From an uncultured cyanobacterium (lineage in GTDB: Bacteria; Cyanobacteriota; Cyanobacteriia; PCC-6307; Cyanobiaceae), in NCBI GenBank assembly GCA_963765575.1, contig CAVXWZ010000002.1, forward strand, positions 64,001 to 128,000: a stretch of 64,000 nt of DNA, given 5' to 3'. Every line of letters starts with the position of its first letter. Within the stretch, counting starts at the first letter, position 1. The notes under the pieces were generated by a model. That model was not told the DNA's origin, ran no database searches, and was given only the letters and a program-made list of their open reading frames with translations. The translations under genes were made by a program, and so were the position numbers. Shown here one piece after another: positions 1 through 9,806 of the stretch.

Positions 1-510
1 CCTGGGGCCGTCCTGGTGCTGGTGGCGGCTGGCCTGGCGCCCCTGGTCCACCTGGCGCCCGTGCGGGCCCAGGGGCCACCCCAGGTGCTGCCGATCACGG
101 CCCGCTGGTGCCTCACGCCGCAGCGCTGCATCCAGCTGGAGGTGGCCGACACCCCGCGCCGCCAGGCCCTGGGCCTGCAGCTGCGCCCGCCGCTGCCGCC
201 GTTGCGGGGCATGTGGTTCCCCTACGACCCGCCGGCGCCGGCACGGTTCTGGATGCACCGCACACCCGCCCCGCTGGACATGCTGTTCGTGCGCGGGGGC
301 CGGGTGCTGGCGATCGCAGCCCACACCCAGCCCTGCATGCGTCTGCCCTGCCCCAGCTACGGCCCGCCGGACGCGGTGGAGGGGGTGATCGAGCTGGCGG
401 CCGGGGAGGCGGAGCGGCTGGGCATCGAGCCCGGCACGGCAGTGCGCATCGAACCGCTCGCCGGCGGGGCCATCAAGGGCGGCGGCCCGCCAGCACCAGC
501 ACGGGATTGA
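1..510 (+). CDS. DUF192 domain-containing protein (probably 5'-truncated by window edge)
   Basis: Motifs LEVADTP..QALGL, GMWFPY, FWM..TPAPLDMLF, PC...CPSY, VIELAAG typical of DUF192; frame is open to position 1. Confidence 0.8.
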   Translation, partial: PGAVLVLVAAGLAPLVHLAPVRAQGPPQVLPITARWCLTPQRCIQLEVADTPRRQALGLQLRPPLPPLRGMWFPYDPPAPARFWMHRTPAPLDMLFVRGGRVLAIAAHTQPCMRLPCPSYGPPDAVEGVIELAAGEAERLGIEPGTAVRIEPLAGGAIKGGGPPAPARD

Positions 511-1729
511 GCGGGGCCAGGCGCGTCCCGTCCGCCAGGGGCGCACCGCGCCAGGCCTGCAGCTGGGACACCACCAGCGCCAGACCGCCGGCCTCCAGCA
601 GCGGTCTGAGCTCGGCCAGGGCCTCCAGCGTGGCCAGGGGAATCACCACCACCCCGCCGGGCCGCAACCTCGCCAGCACCAGCTCCAGAATCGCCTGCCG
701 CTGGCGGCCGCCGCCGCCGATCAGCACCCGGTCGGGATCGGGCAAGTCGGCCAGGGCCTCGGGGGCGCGGCCCTCCAGCACCGCCGCTGGGCGCACCCCC
801 AAGCGGGCCGCATTGGCGGCGATCAGCGCCTGGGCGCCGCCGCGGGCCTCCAGGGCCCACAGCTGCAGCTGGGGCCGCAGGCGCAGGGCCTCCAGACCCA
901 CCGATCCCACCCCGGCGCCGATGTCCCAGAGCACACCGCGGGCCGGCAGGTCGAGCTCGGCCAGCAGCTGCACGCGCACCTCCCGCTTGGTCATCAGCCC
1001 GGGGCGGTCGGGGTGCTGCAGAAACAGGCCATCGGCCAGACCGAACAGGGGCAGCCGGGCTGGATCGACGGGCGCGGCAGGGGCGGCGACCAGCAGCACC
1101 AGGTGCAGCGGGTCGAGGTCGCTGGGCAGGGGGTCGGCCGGCGCCAGCCGCAGCACCCGCTCGGCCGGATGGCCCAGGCGCTCGCACAGCCACAGGCCGT
1201 AGGCGTCCTCGAGGCCGGAGGCCGCCAGCAGGCGCCGCACCGCCTCGGCCCCGCCCCGGTCGGGATCGGTGAGCACCGCCAGCGCCGGCGGCCGCTTCTG
1301 CAACGCCGCCGCCAGCGGTTCCGGATCCCGGCCGTGCAGGCTGATCCAGCTGGCGTCCTGCCAGGGCCGGCCGAGGCGGGCGAAGGCCAGCTGCAGGGAA
1401 CTGGGGGCCGGGTGAAAGCGCAGCTCGGAGGCCGCGAAGGCCGCCAGCAGCTGGCGGCCGATGCCGAACCAGAGCGGATCGCCGCTGGCCAGCACCACGC
1501 AGGAGCGGCCCTGGCGGCGGGCCACCCGCAACTGCTCCGCCAGCGCTCCGGGCCGGTCGCTGGCCGTCAGCTCGGCGCCAGGCAGCTCAGCGCTGAGCGC
1601 GCTCAGCAGCCGCCGCGGCGCCGCCACCAGCTCGGCGCCCTCCACCAAAGCCCGCAGCGCCGGCGCCAGGCTGGCCAGGCCGCCGGCATCGCAGCCCACC
1701 ACCTCGATCCAGCTGTCGCTGCCGCTCAG
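473..1729 (-). CDS. cbiET: Bifunctional precorrin-6Y C5,15-methyltransferase (CbiE/CbiT, CobL-like); start uncertain
   Basis: VVLASGDPLWFGIG, SSLQLAFARL, ISLHGR, MTKREVR, LWDIGAGVGSV motifs; ORF-track extension to 2083 overlaps an opposite-strand gene and is not trusted. Confidence 0.85.
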   Translation of the reverse strand: MSGSDSWIEVVGCDAGGLASLAPALRALVEGAELVAAPRRLLSALSAELPGAELTASDRPGALAEQLRVARRQGRSCVVLASGDPLWFGIGRQLLAAFAASELRFHPAPSSLQLAFARLGRPWQDASWISLHGRDPEPLAAALQKRPPALAVLTDPDRGGAEAVRRLLAASGLEDAYGLWLCERLGHPAERVLRLAPADPLPSDLDPLHLVLLVAAPAAPVDPARLPLFGLADGLFLQHPDRPGLMTKREVRVQLLAELDLPARGVLWDIGAGVGSVGLEALRLRPQLQLWALEARGGAQALIAANAARLGVRPAAVLEGRAPEALADLPDPDRVLIGGGGRQRQAILELVLARLRPGGVVVIPLATLEALAELRPLLEAGGLALVVSQLQAWRGAPLADGTRLAPLNPVLVLAGRRP

Positions 1730-1780
1730 CGTCCCGCCGCCAGTGCCGCCATGATGCCCACCCGGACGGTGCCCCAGCCC

Positions 1781-2008
1781 ATGAGTGACCGCCGCCAGCG
1801 GCTGCATGAGCTGGTGCTGGCCCTGATCCAGCACCAGCACGACCTCGAACTTTTCGACGGCGACCACGACGGCAGCGCAGCGGGCGGCCTCGATGCGGCC
1901 AGCTGGCTGGAGCGCAACCGGCGGCTGGTGCAGCGCTATCAGGCCCTGGTGCGCACCGCCGTCACCCTCGATGCCCTGATCGATCAGGAGCAGGCGAGCC
2001 ATCTCTGA
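1781..2008 (+). CDS. Small hypothetical protein (~75 aa)
   Basis: ATG at 1781 gives MSDRRQRLHELVLALI...YQALVRTAVTLDALIDQE with helical, protein-like composition; fills the gap between cbiET and GH116. Confidence 0.65.
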   Translation: MSDRRQRLHELVLALIQHQHDLELFDGDHDGSAAGGLDAASWLERNRRLVQRYQALVRTAVTLDALIDQEQASHL

Positions 2009-2054
2009 CAAGCTGGCCCCACGGTTCCAGCCAGCACCCCCTGTCGTCCTGCCC

Positions 2055-4580
2055 ATGGCGCGCCTCGGCATCCCCGCGCTCACGTCCCTGTTGAGCGGCG
2101 GCCGCAGGGGCTGGCAACCTCCAGCCGCCAGCTGGCAGCGACGCTTCGGGCTGGGCTGGGAGCGGCCCTACACGGTGCGCTACGCCAGCAACCTGGACGA
2201 CGGCCCCAACCACGGCATGCCCCTGGGGGGTCTGGGGGCCGGCTGCATCGGCCGCGCCCCCGACGGCAACGTCAACCTCTGGCACCTGGATGGGGGCGAG
2301 CACTGGTTCGGCACCATTCCCGACTGCCAGTTCGCCCTGTTCGAGAGCGATGGCCAGCAGTCACGGGCCCATGCCCTGGCGGTGCAGCCCGAGCGGGACG
2401 CCTCCCGCCCCGAGGCCGGCCCGCCCCTGGAGGCCTGGAGCTGGTACCCAGCCAGCAGCGCCGAGCGCAGCACCGGCACCTACAGCGCCCGCTACCCCCT
2501 CAGCGCCAGCCAGTACAGCGGCGTGTTCAACGCCGAGCTGAGCTGCACCGCCTTCAGCCCGGTGCTGCCGGGCGACTACCAGCGCAGCAGCTACCCGGTG
2601 GCGGTGTTCGAGTGGACGCTGCGCAACCCCACGCGCCAGCCCCTGGAGCTGTCGCTGCTGCTGAGCTGGCGCAACACCACGGGCTGGTTCACCAACACCG
2701 ACCCCACAGCAGCCGTCAAGTTCCGCGACGACGGCAGCCCCGAGCACAACTACGTGCCGGCGATCGGCCGCAGCGACGCTCAGCGCAACCGCTGGGTGGA
2801 GGCGCCGGGGCTGAAGGGAGTGCTGCTGGAGGGCGAACGCAGCGAGCCGGTGGCCGAGGGCCAGGGCCAGTGGTGCATCGCCACCGACGCCGGCCTGGAA
2901 GACCGCCATCCCGGCCTGCGCATCCTGCGCTGCAGCCGCTGGAACCCCGCCGGTGACGGCAGCGAGATCTGGGAGCCGTTCGCCGCCACGGGCACCATCC
3001 CCGACAGCGACAACGACCGCCACAGTCAGCACGACGATCCCGCCAGCGCCGCCCTGGTGGTGCGCTTCCGGCTGGAGCCCGGCCAGAGCCTGGAGATCCC
3101 GCTGGTGATCAGCTGGGATCTGCCGGTCACGGCCTTCGCCAGCGGCAGCCGGGCGCTGCGCCGCTACACCGACTTCTTCACCGCCGGCGGCGACAACGCC
3201 GCCGCCATCGCCGCCGAGGCCCTGCGCGACCACCACGACTGGCACAGCCGCATCGAGGCCTGGCAGCGGCCGGTGCTGGAGCGCACGGATCTGCCCGAGC
3301 CGGTCCGCATGGCCCTGTTCAACGAGCTCTACGACCTGGCCTCAGGCGGCACGCTCTGGTCCGCGGCCAGCCCGGAGGATCCCGTGGGCCGCTTCGGGGT
3401 GCTCGAGTGCTTCGACTACGCCTGGTACGAAAGCCTCGATGTGCGCCTCTACGGCTCCTTCGCCCTGCTGCAGCTGTGGCCGGAGCTGGATCGCAGCGTG
3501 CTGCGCAGCTTCGCCCGCGCCATCCCCGCCGCCGATGCCACCCTGCGGCCGATCGGCTGGTATTTCACCCAGGGGCGGGGCCGGGTGGAGGCGCCCCGCA
3601 AGCTGGTGGGGGCGACGCCCCACGACCTGGGCGCGCCGAATGAGCGCCCCTGGGACGCCAGCAACTACACCGCCTACCAGGACTGCAACCTCTGGAAGGA
3701 CCTGGCCAGCGACTTCGTGCTGCAGGTGTGGCGCAGCGTCCGTTGCGCCCCCGATGGCGAGGACCTGCGCTTCCTGGCGGACTGCTGGCCGGCGGCGGTG
3801 CAGGCCCTGCGCTATCTGAAGCAGTTTGATGTCAACGACGACGGCCTGCCGGACAACGGCGGCGCCCCGGATCAGACCTTCGACGACTGGCCCCTGCAGG
3901 GCGTGAGCGCCTACTGCGGCGCCCTCTGGATCGCCGCCCTGGAGGCGGCGCTGGCCATGGGCCAGCGGCTGCAGCTGGAGCTGGGGCTGGACACCTCCGG
4001 CGAGCAGCGCCAGTTCGGCCGCTGGCTGGAGCAGAGCCGCGCCAACTTCGACCAGTTGCTCTGGAACGGCGAGTACTACGCCATCGACGCCGGCAGCGAC
4101 ACGCCGGTGGTGATGGCCGACCAGCTCTGCGGCGACTTCTATGCCCGCCTGCTGGGCCTGCCGCCGGTGGTGGCCGACGACCGCGCCCGCTCGGCCCTGA
4201 CGGCGATCCGCGAGGCCTGCTTCGAGCGTTTCGAGGGCGGCCGGCTGGGGGTGGCCAACGGTCTGCGCCGCGACGGCAGCCCCCTCGATCCCAACGGCAC
4301 CCACCCCCTGGAGGTGTGGACCGGCATCAACTTCGGCCTGGCCGCCTACTACCGGCTGATGGGCGACACGGACACCGCCCTGGCGATCACCGGCGCCGTG
4401 GTGGAGCAGGTGTACGGCGGCGGCCTGCAGTTCCGCACCCCGGAAGCGATCACGGCCGCGGGCACCTTCCGGGCCTGCCACTACCTGCGGGCCATGGCGA
4501 TCTGGGCCCTCTGGGCCACCCACACCGACTGGCAGGCGATCCCCGGTGCCGACCAGCCGGCCCGCAGCAGCGGAGGCTGA
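2055..4580 (+). CDS. GH116 family beta-glucosidase (non-lysosomal glucosylceramidase-like)
   Basis: 841 aa; GMPLGGLGAG, SSYPVAVFEW, LECFDYAWYESLDV, TPHDLG, DQTFDDW, EVWTG, FRTPEA, YLRAMAIW. Confidence 0.9.
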   Translation: MARLGIPALTSLLSGGRRGWQPPAASWQRRFGLGWERPYTVRYASNLDDGPNHGMPLGGLGAGCIGRAPDGNVNLWHLDGGEHWFGTIPDCQFALFESDGQQSRAHALAVQPERDASRPEAGPPLEAWSWYPASSAERSTGTYSARYPLSASQYSGVFNAELSCTAFSPVLPGDYQRSSYPVAVFEWTLRNPTRQPLELSLLLSWRNTTGWFTNTDPTAAVKFRDDGSPEHNYVPAIGRSDAQRNRWVEAPGLKGVLLEGERSEPVAEGQGQWCIATDAGLEDRHPGLRILRCSRWNPAGDGSEIWEPFAATGTIPDSDNDRHSQHDDPASAALVVRFRLEPGQSLEIPLVISWDLPVTAFASGSRALRRYTDFFTAGGDNAAAIAAEALRDHHDWHSRIEAWQRPVLERTDLPEPVRMALFNELYDLASGGTLWSAASPEDPVGRFGVLECFDYAWYESLDVRLYGSFALLQLWPELDRSVLRSFARAIPAADATLRPIGWYFTQGRGRVEAPRKLVGATPHDLGAPNERPWDASNYTAYQDCNLWKDLASDFVLQVWRSVRCAPDGEDLRFLADCWPAAVQALRYLKQFDVNDDGLPDNGGAPDQTFDDWPLQGVSAYCGALWIAALEAALAMGQRLQLELGLDTSGEQRQFGRWLEQSRANFDQLLWNGEYYAIDAGSDTPVVMADQLCGDFYARLLGLPPVVADDRARSALTAIREACFERFEGGRLGVANGLRRDGSPLDPNGTHPLEVWTGINFGLAAYYRLMGDTDTALAITGAVVEQVYGGGLQFRTPEAITAAGTFRACHYLRAMAIWALWATHTDWQAIPGADQPARSSGG

Positions 4581-4588
4581 AGCGTCCG

Positions 4589-5089
4589 ATGTCGATCGGC
4601 CTTCGCAGCGTCCTGAGCACCGCCCTCGTGCTGGTGTGGCTGCTGGGCGGCCTGGTGCTGGCGCCGGCACCGGCCGCGGCCCAGCTCCATGGCCACAGCG
4701 ACGAGCGCGGTCAGCCGGTGCTGCGCAGCCTCGAGAGCCTGCGCGATCTGGACGATCAGAGCTGGCAGCTGGTGGCCTATCGGCAGGGCCCGCCAGGGGG
4801 GCCCCTGACGCTGCGGGTGGTGGGCTATCCAGGCAAGGTGCGACTCGAACACCCCACCCAGCTGACGGCGTGCGGCGGGCGCCAGTGCTGGCAGCTGGCC
4901 GACACCACCCTGGCCAATCCCCAGCTGGCCGCTGATGGGCGCTCGGCCGCCGCCGAATTCGACCTGGCGCCGTTGATCACAGACCTCAACCGCAGCCGCC
5001 CCCTGCGGCTGGCGCTGCCGGGGGTGTTCACGGAGCTACCGGTGCCGCCCTTCGTGGTGGGCGAATGGCGCTCACTGGAGCAGGGCTGA
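4589..5089 (+). CDS. Exported protein, DUF3122-like
   Basis: Signal-peptide-like N-terminus (…APAPAAA), RSLESLRD, WQLVAY, LRVVGYPG, ELPVPPFVVGEW. Confidence 0.65.
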   Translation: MSIGLRSVLSTALVLVWLLGGLVLAPAPAAAQLHGHSDERGQPVLRSLESLRDLDDQSWQLVAYRQGPPGGPLTLRVVGYPGKVRLEHPTQLTACGGRQCWQLADTTLANPQLAADGRSAAAEFDLAPLITDLNRSRPLRLALPGVFTELPVPPFVVGEWRSLEQG

Positions 5090-5108
5090 GGCCGGCGCGC
5101 GCGGGGCC

Positions 5109-6143
5109 TCAGCCACCATTGCCGTCGCTCGATACCCCCGGGGCCGGCCCCCAGCGGTCACGCTCCCAATGGATCACCATGCCGGCCACCGGCACGGCCA
5201 GGAAGATCCCCAGCAGGCCGGCGAAGCGTTCGCCGAGGAACAGGGCCAGAAACACCACCAGCGGTGGAATCGAGAGCACCCGGCCCATCACCCGGGGCTG
5301 CAGCAGGTTGTCCTGCAGCTGCTGCAGCAGCACCGACACCCCCGCCACCGCCAGCGCCACCGCGAAGCCCTGGGTGGCCAGGGCCACCAGGCTGATGGTG
5401 ATCACCCCGAGCGTGGCGCCGATCCCCGGAATCGCGTCGAGGACCCCCACCACCAGGGCCAGGAGCAGGGCGAACTTCACCCCCAGCAGGCTGAAGGCCA
5501 GCAGGCTGGTGGTGGTGAGAAACACCACCAGGGTCATCTGGCCGCGCAGGAAACCGAGCACGTTGCGGCGCACGCTGCGGTGCAGCCGGCCGCGCAGCCG
5601 CGGCGGCAGCAGCTGCAGCAGGGCCCGCCACAGCCGGCCATTGTCCACCAGCATGTAGATCGTGAGCACCACCAGGATCACCAGCCCGAGCACGTTGCCC
5701 ACGGCGCCGCCCAGCACGCCGATGCCGGTGTCGAAGTTGGAGCGCACCAGGTCGATCACCCGCTCCAGGTCGAGCTGATCGAGGTAGGTGCTGAGCCTGC
5801 CGCGCAGAGGCAGCTGGGGATCGTCCATCACCGTCTCCAGCTGGGCCAGCAACTGGCTGGCCTGGCTCACCAGCTGCAGGCCCAGCAGCCAGGCCAGCCC
5901 CAGCCCGGCCGCCAGGGCCCCGATCACCGCCAGGGCGATGGCCAGGGGCCGCGCCATCACCCGGCTCAACCAGCACACCGGCCCATTCAGCAGCACCGCC
6001 AACACCGCCGCGGCGCTGAACAGCAGCAGCACCACCTGAAAGGTGGCGATCACCTGCATGGCGGCCCAGCCGCTGGCCACCAGCAACAGAAACCGCAGCA
6101 GCTGGGAATTGGAGGGAAGCTGCCGCTCCTCCCGGGGGGTCAT
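5109..6143 (-). CDS. AI-2E family transporter (PerM-like permease)
   Basis: Multi-TM 344 aa; FLRGQ, DAIPGIG, QQLQDNLLQPRVMG, GLLGIFLAVP. Confidence 0.85.
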   Translation of the reverse strand: MTPREERQLPSNSQLLRFLLLVASGWAAMQVIATFQVVLLLFSAAAVLAVLLNGPVCWLSRVMARPLAIALAVIGALAAGLGLAWLLGLQLVSQASQLLAQLETVMDDPQLPLRGRLSTYLDQLDLERVIDLVRSNFDTGIGVLGGAVGNVLGLVILVVLTIYMLVDNGRLWRALLQLLPPRLRGRLHRSVRRNVLGFLRGQMTLVVFLTTTSLLAFSLLGVKFALLLALVVGVLDAIPGIGATLGVITISLVALATQGFAVALAVAGVSVLLQQLQDNLLQPRVMGRVLSIPPLVVFLALFLGERFAGLLGIFLAVPVAGMVIHWERDRWGPAPGVSSDGNGG

Positions 6144-6211
6144 GGGGATCGGCCGGATGCCATGCCCACCCTGACCGAACCCGGCGGCGCTGTTGCGTCA
6201 GGCTGGTCACC

Positions 6212-7341
6212 ATGACAGCCGACACCCCTTGCCCCGAGCCAGACCAGGCGCGCTGGCGGCCCTGGATGCGGCGGGCCCTGCAGCTGGCGGCCCTGGCCAG
6301 GGGACACACCAGCCCCAATCCGCTGGTGGGGGCGGTGCTGCTCGATGCCCACGGCACGCTTGTGGGTGAGGGCTTCCATGCCCGCGCCGGCGAGCCCCAT
6401 GCCGAGGTGATGGCCCTGCGCCAGGCCGGCGGCCGGGCCCGCGGCGGCACCCTGGTGGTGACCCTGGAGCCCTGCTGCCACCAGGGGCGCACCCCCCCTG
6501 CAGCGCCGCGGTGATCCAGGCCGGCATCCGCCGGGTGGTGCTGGCCATGGCCGACCCCAATCCGCAGGTGAACGGTGGCGGCAGCGCCGCGCTGGCCGCC
6601 GCCGGGGTGGAGGTGATCAGCGGCGTGTGCGCAGCCGAGGCCCGGGCCCTCAACGCCGCCTTCCTGCACCGCCTGGCCAGCGCACGGCCCCTGGGAATTC
6701 TCAAGTGGGCCATGGGCGTGGATGGCCGCACCGCCCTCGACAACGGCGCCAGCCAGTGGATCAGCGGCCCGCAGGCGCGGCAGTGGGTGCATGAGCTGCG
6801 CAGCCGCTGCGACGCCGTGATCGTGGGTGGCGGCACCGTGCGCGCCGACGATCCCCTGCTCACCAGCCGCGGCCGGCGCCAGCCCGAACCGTTGCGCGTG
6901 GTGCTCAGCCGCAGCCTCAACCTGCCCCCCCATGCCCGCCTCTGGGAGCGGGGCGAGGCCCCCACCCTGGTGGCCCACGGCGTGGGGGCCGCACCGCGGG
7001 CCCGCTTCCAGCTCGATGAGCGCGGCGTGGAGCGGCTGCTGTTGCCGGCCTGCACGCCGCGGGCCCTGCTGGAGGCCCTGGCCCAGCGGGGCTGCAACCA
7101 GGTGCTGTGGGAATGCGGGCCCGAGCTGGCTGCCGCCGCCATGGCCGAGGGCTGCGTGCAGCGGATCGCCGCCGTGATCGCCCCCAGAGTGATGGGTGGC
7201 ACTCCCGCCCACACACCCCTGGGCGATCTGGGTTTCACTGCCATGAGCCAGGTGCCGCACTGGCGGGGCATGGATTCGCAAGCTCTCGGCTGCGACCTGC
7301 TCTGGCAGCTGCAGGCCCCCCAACCGAGAGCCCATGCCTGA
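6212..7341 (+). CDS. ribD: Riboflavin biosynthesis deaminase/reductase RibD, split by a 1-nt frameshift in the C-run at ~6492-6498
   Basis: TSPNPLVGAV, HAE, TLEPCCHQGRTPP in one frame; reductase half (LKWAMGVDGRTA, SQWISG, VLWECG) in the -1 frame; one extra C restores TPPCSAAVIQAGI. Confidence 0.9.
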
Positions 7342-8398
7342 CCCGGTCACCAGCCTGCCGCTGAATCTGCAACTGCCGCTCGCCGGTCTGATCCTCAGCC
7401 TGATCAGCCTGGTGGTGATCAATGTGCTGGCGCGGCGGCTGGAACGCGGTGGCCTCGCCCGCGGCCTGCTGCTCTCGGCGCGGATCAGCATCAGCGCCAC
7501 GATCCTGCTCTGCGCCCTGGGCTGGTGGGCGGGATCACTGCTGTCCCCGCGTCTGATCAACCTGCCCCAGAACGGCCGCGAGATCCGCGACCTGCTGCTG
7601 CTGCTGGGCGTGGCCTGGACGCTGCTGCGCTGGAAGGGGGAGATCGCCGCCAACAGTGGCAGCTACGCCGCCCAGGCGCTGCCGGCGATGGCCAGCAAGG
7701 ACCGCATCTTCCTGTTCGATGTGCTCAGCAAGCTGATCGGCATCGCCGCCCTGGTGATCCTGGCGCTGGAAGTGATGCGGATTCTGGGCGTCTCAGCGGC
7801 GGTGCTGATCACCGCCGGCGGCTTCGGTGCCGCGGCGGTGGGCTTCGGGGCCCAGGGGATCGTGTCGAACTCGCTGAGCGGCCTGATCCTCTACATCAAC
7901 CGCCCCTTCGTGATCGGCGATTTCATCGAGATCCCCAACGAAACCCTGCTGGGCACGGTGGAGCACATCGGCTGGTTCTACACCCGGCTGCGCTCCCTCG
8001 AGCGCCAGCCGGTGTTCGTGCCCAACAACATCTTTTCGACCAATCCGGTGATCAACATCGCCGAGACGGACAATCGCCGCATCTGGATCGAATTCGGCCT
8101 CACCTACGGCGACCGCAACGGCATCGAGCCGATCGTGGCTGAGCTGGAGCGCATCCTGGCTGCCCATCCCCAGGTGGATCAGGAGAAGGCCAGCGCGGTG
8201 AACTTCGTCGGCTATGGCGAGTCGAGCCTGAATCTGCGCCTGTTCTGCCACGGCAACAGCGGCGACATCCTCGACGCCTGGGCCCTGCAGCAGAACCTGC
8301 TGCTGGCGATCGGTGACGTGGTGGAACGCCAGGGCGCCTCCATGCCCTTCCCCACCCGCACGCTCATACAAGCTCCGGATGGGCCGGATCGCCCTTGA
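7334..8398 (+). CDS. Small-conductance mechanosensitive channel (MscS family)
   Basis: TM N-terminus, GFGAQGIVSNSLSG, RPFVIGDFI, GTVEHIGWFYT, VFVPN, GESSLN, PFPTRTL. Confidence 0.9.
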   Translation: MPDPVTSLPLNLQLPLAGLILSLISLVVINVLARRLERGGLARGLLLSARISISATILLCALGWWAGSLLSPRLINLPQNGREIRDLLLLLGVAWTLLRWKGEIAANSGSYAAQALPAMASKDRIFLFDVLSKLIGIAALVILALEVMRILGVSAAVLITAGGFGAAAVGFGAQGIVSNSLSGLILYINRPFVIGDFIEIPNETLLGTVEHIGWFYTRLRSLERQPVFVPNNIFSTNPVINIAETDNRRIWIEFGLTYGDRNGIEPIVAELERILAAHPQVDQEKASAVNFVGYGESSLNLRLFCHGNSGDILDAWALQQNLLLAIGDVVERQGASMPFPTRTLIQAPDGPDRP

Positions 8399-8876
8399 AC
8401 GGCCCCTCCACGCTGGAGGTGATCCAGCCGCCGTAGAAGCCGCCGGGCTGGGGGAGCACCGCCTCTCCGTCCACCCAGCAGCCATCCATCAACGCCGGGT
8501 ACACGGCAATCCAGCCGGCCAGGGGGGCGAAGGGGGCGGTGGGCTCGGGGTAACACCAGGCGGCGCGGCGCAGTCGCCGCTCGTTCGCAGCGCCGGGATC
8601 GCGCACCACATCGAAGTAGCGGGCCACGCCCTTCCACTCGCAGAAGCTGGCCCCGGGGCAGGGTTGCAGCAGCTCGGCCGCCACGGCCTCAGGCGGCAGG
8701 TAATAGGTGGGGGGATGGAAGGTCTCCAGCACCCGCAGGCAGCGGCGGCTCTCCGCCAGCACCAGGCCCAGGGCCTCCACCCGCACCAGTTCCGTGCTGG
8801 CCACCAGGGCCGGCGGCCGCGGATAGTCACTCGCCCGCTCCCGCTCCAGACCGTTCCACGGTTCTGTGCTCCCCAT
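8364..8876 (-). CDS. DUF427 domain-containing protein
   Basis: [54 protein letters not shown]. Confidence 0.85.
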   Translation of the reverse strand: MGSTEPWNGLERERASDYPRPPALVASTELVRVEALGLVLAESRRCLRVLETFHPPTYYLPPEAVAAELLQPCPGASFCEWKGVARYFDVVRDPGAANERRLRRAAWCYPEPTAPFAPLAGWIAVYPALMDGCWVDGEAVLPQPGGFYGGWITSSVEGPFKGDPAHPELV

Positions 8877-8897
8877 TCGCTGGCCCCGGCCACGACA

Positions 8898-9512
8898 ATG
8901 GTCAGCATGGCCAACCCCTCCCCCGTTCGGCAGGGTCGAGGTCTGGATCGCCTCCTGACCCGCCTCGGCGGCACCGCAGTGATTCCCCTGCTGATCCTCT
9001 CGGTGGCCTGGAGCCAGGAACTGATCGATCAGGTCGTCTTCGGGGGGCGATGGAACCTTCCCATGCTCCCGGGGGGGTCGTTCCTGGGGGTCCTCACCGC
9101 ACCGTTCAGCCATGGGGATCTGGGACATCTGTTGGGGAACAGCCTCTGGTTCCTGCCGCTGTCCTGGCTGGTGCTGCTCAAGAGCTGGCACGATTACCTG
9201 GCTGTCTGGGTGGGGGTGTACCTGATGGCGATCCCGGTGTGGCTGTTCTCCAGCAATGGAAGCCATGGGCTCTCAGGGGTGGTCTTCGCCCTGGTGGGCT
9301 ACCTGGTGGTGATCGGGTTCCTGGAGCGGCGTCCCCTGCCCCTGCTGCTCTCACTGTTCAGCCTGGTGAGCTATGGCGGTTTCCTGCCGGGCCTGCTGCC
9401 CTTCTTCACCCCGGTTGGGGTGAGCTGGGTGGGCCACCTGAGCGGCTTCGCCGGTGGGGTGCTCGCGGCCCTGGCGGTCTACCGGGAACCGGGGCAGGCG
9501 GCCCGGAGATGA
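8898..9512 (+). CDS. Rhomboid family intramembrane serine protease
   Basis: [14 protein letters not shown], catalytic [16 protein letters not shown]. Confidence 0.9.
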   Translation: MVSMANPSPVRQGRGLDRLLTRLGGTAVIPLLILSVAWSQELIDQVVFGGRWNLPMLPGGSFLGVLTAPFSHGDLGHLLGNSLWFLPLSWLVLLKSWHDYLAVWVGVYLMAIPVWLFSSNGSHGLSGVVFALVGYLVVIGFLERRPLPLLLSLFSLVSYGGFLPGLLPFFTPVGVSWVGHLSGFAGGVLAALAVYREPGQAARR

Positions 9513-9519
9513 GGCGCTG

Positions 9520-9795
9520 ATGTCCTGCCCCCGCTGCGGAAGCTGGGAAGTTCGGCGCGACCGCAGCCTGGCCGGTCGCATGGTCTGTGGCCGCTGCAGC
9601 CTGCCGCTTGGGCCCAGCGCCAGCCAGGGAACCGGTGGATCGCGCCGCCTCAACCTGCTGCAGGGTGGCCGGGGCCAGCGACGGCACTGGCTGCTGCCCA
9701 TGGCCTTGATGCTGGGCCTCGGCGCCCTTCTGGCCTGGCTGAGCGAGCAGCCGCAGCCGAGTCGAGCTCCCTTCGGCCAGGAGCTAGTGCGCTGA
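9520..9795 (+). CDS. Small zinc-ribbon protein with a C-terminal TM helix
   Basis: MSCPRCGS...MVCGRC (two CxxC) then hydrophobic WLLPMALMLGLGALLAWL. Confidence 0.65.
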   Translation: MSCPRCGSWEVRRDRSLAGRMVCGRCSLPLGPSASQGTGGSRRLNLLQGGRGQRRHWLLPMALMLGLGALLAWLSEQPQPSRAPFGQELVR

Positions 9796-9806
9796 GGGCA
9801 GGGCCG

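Noticed and set aside
1730..2083. Cobalamin riboswitch or N-terminal extension upstream of cbiET
   Set aside because: No B12-box recognised; the region is occupied by the divergent small ORF 1781-2008
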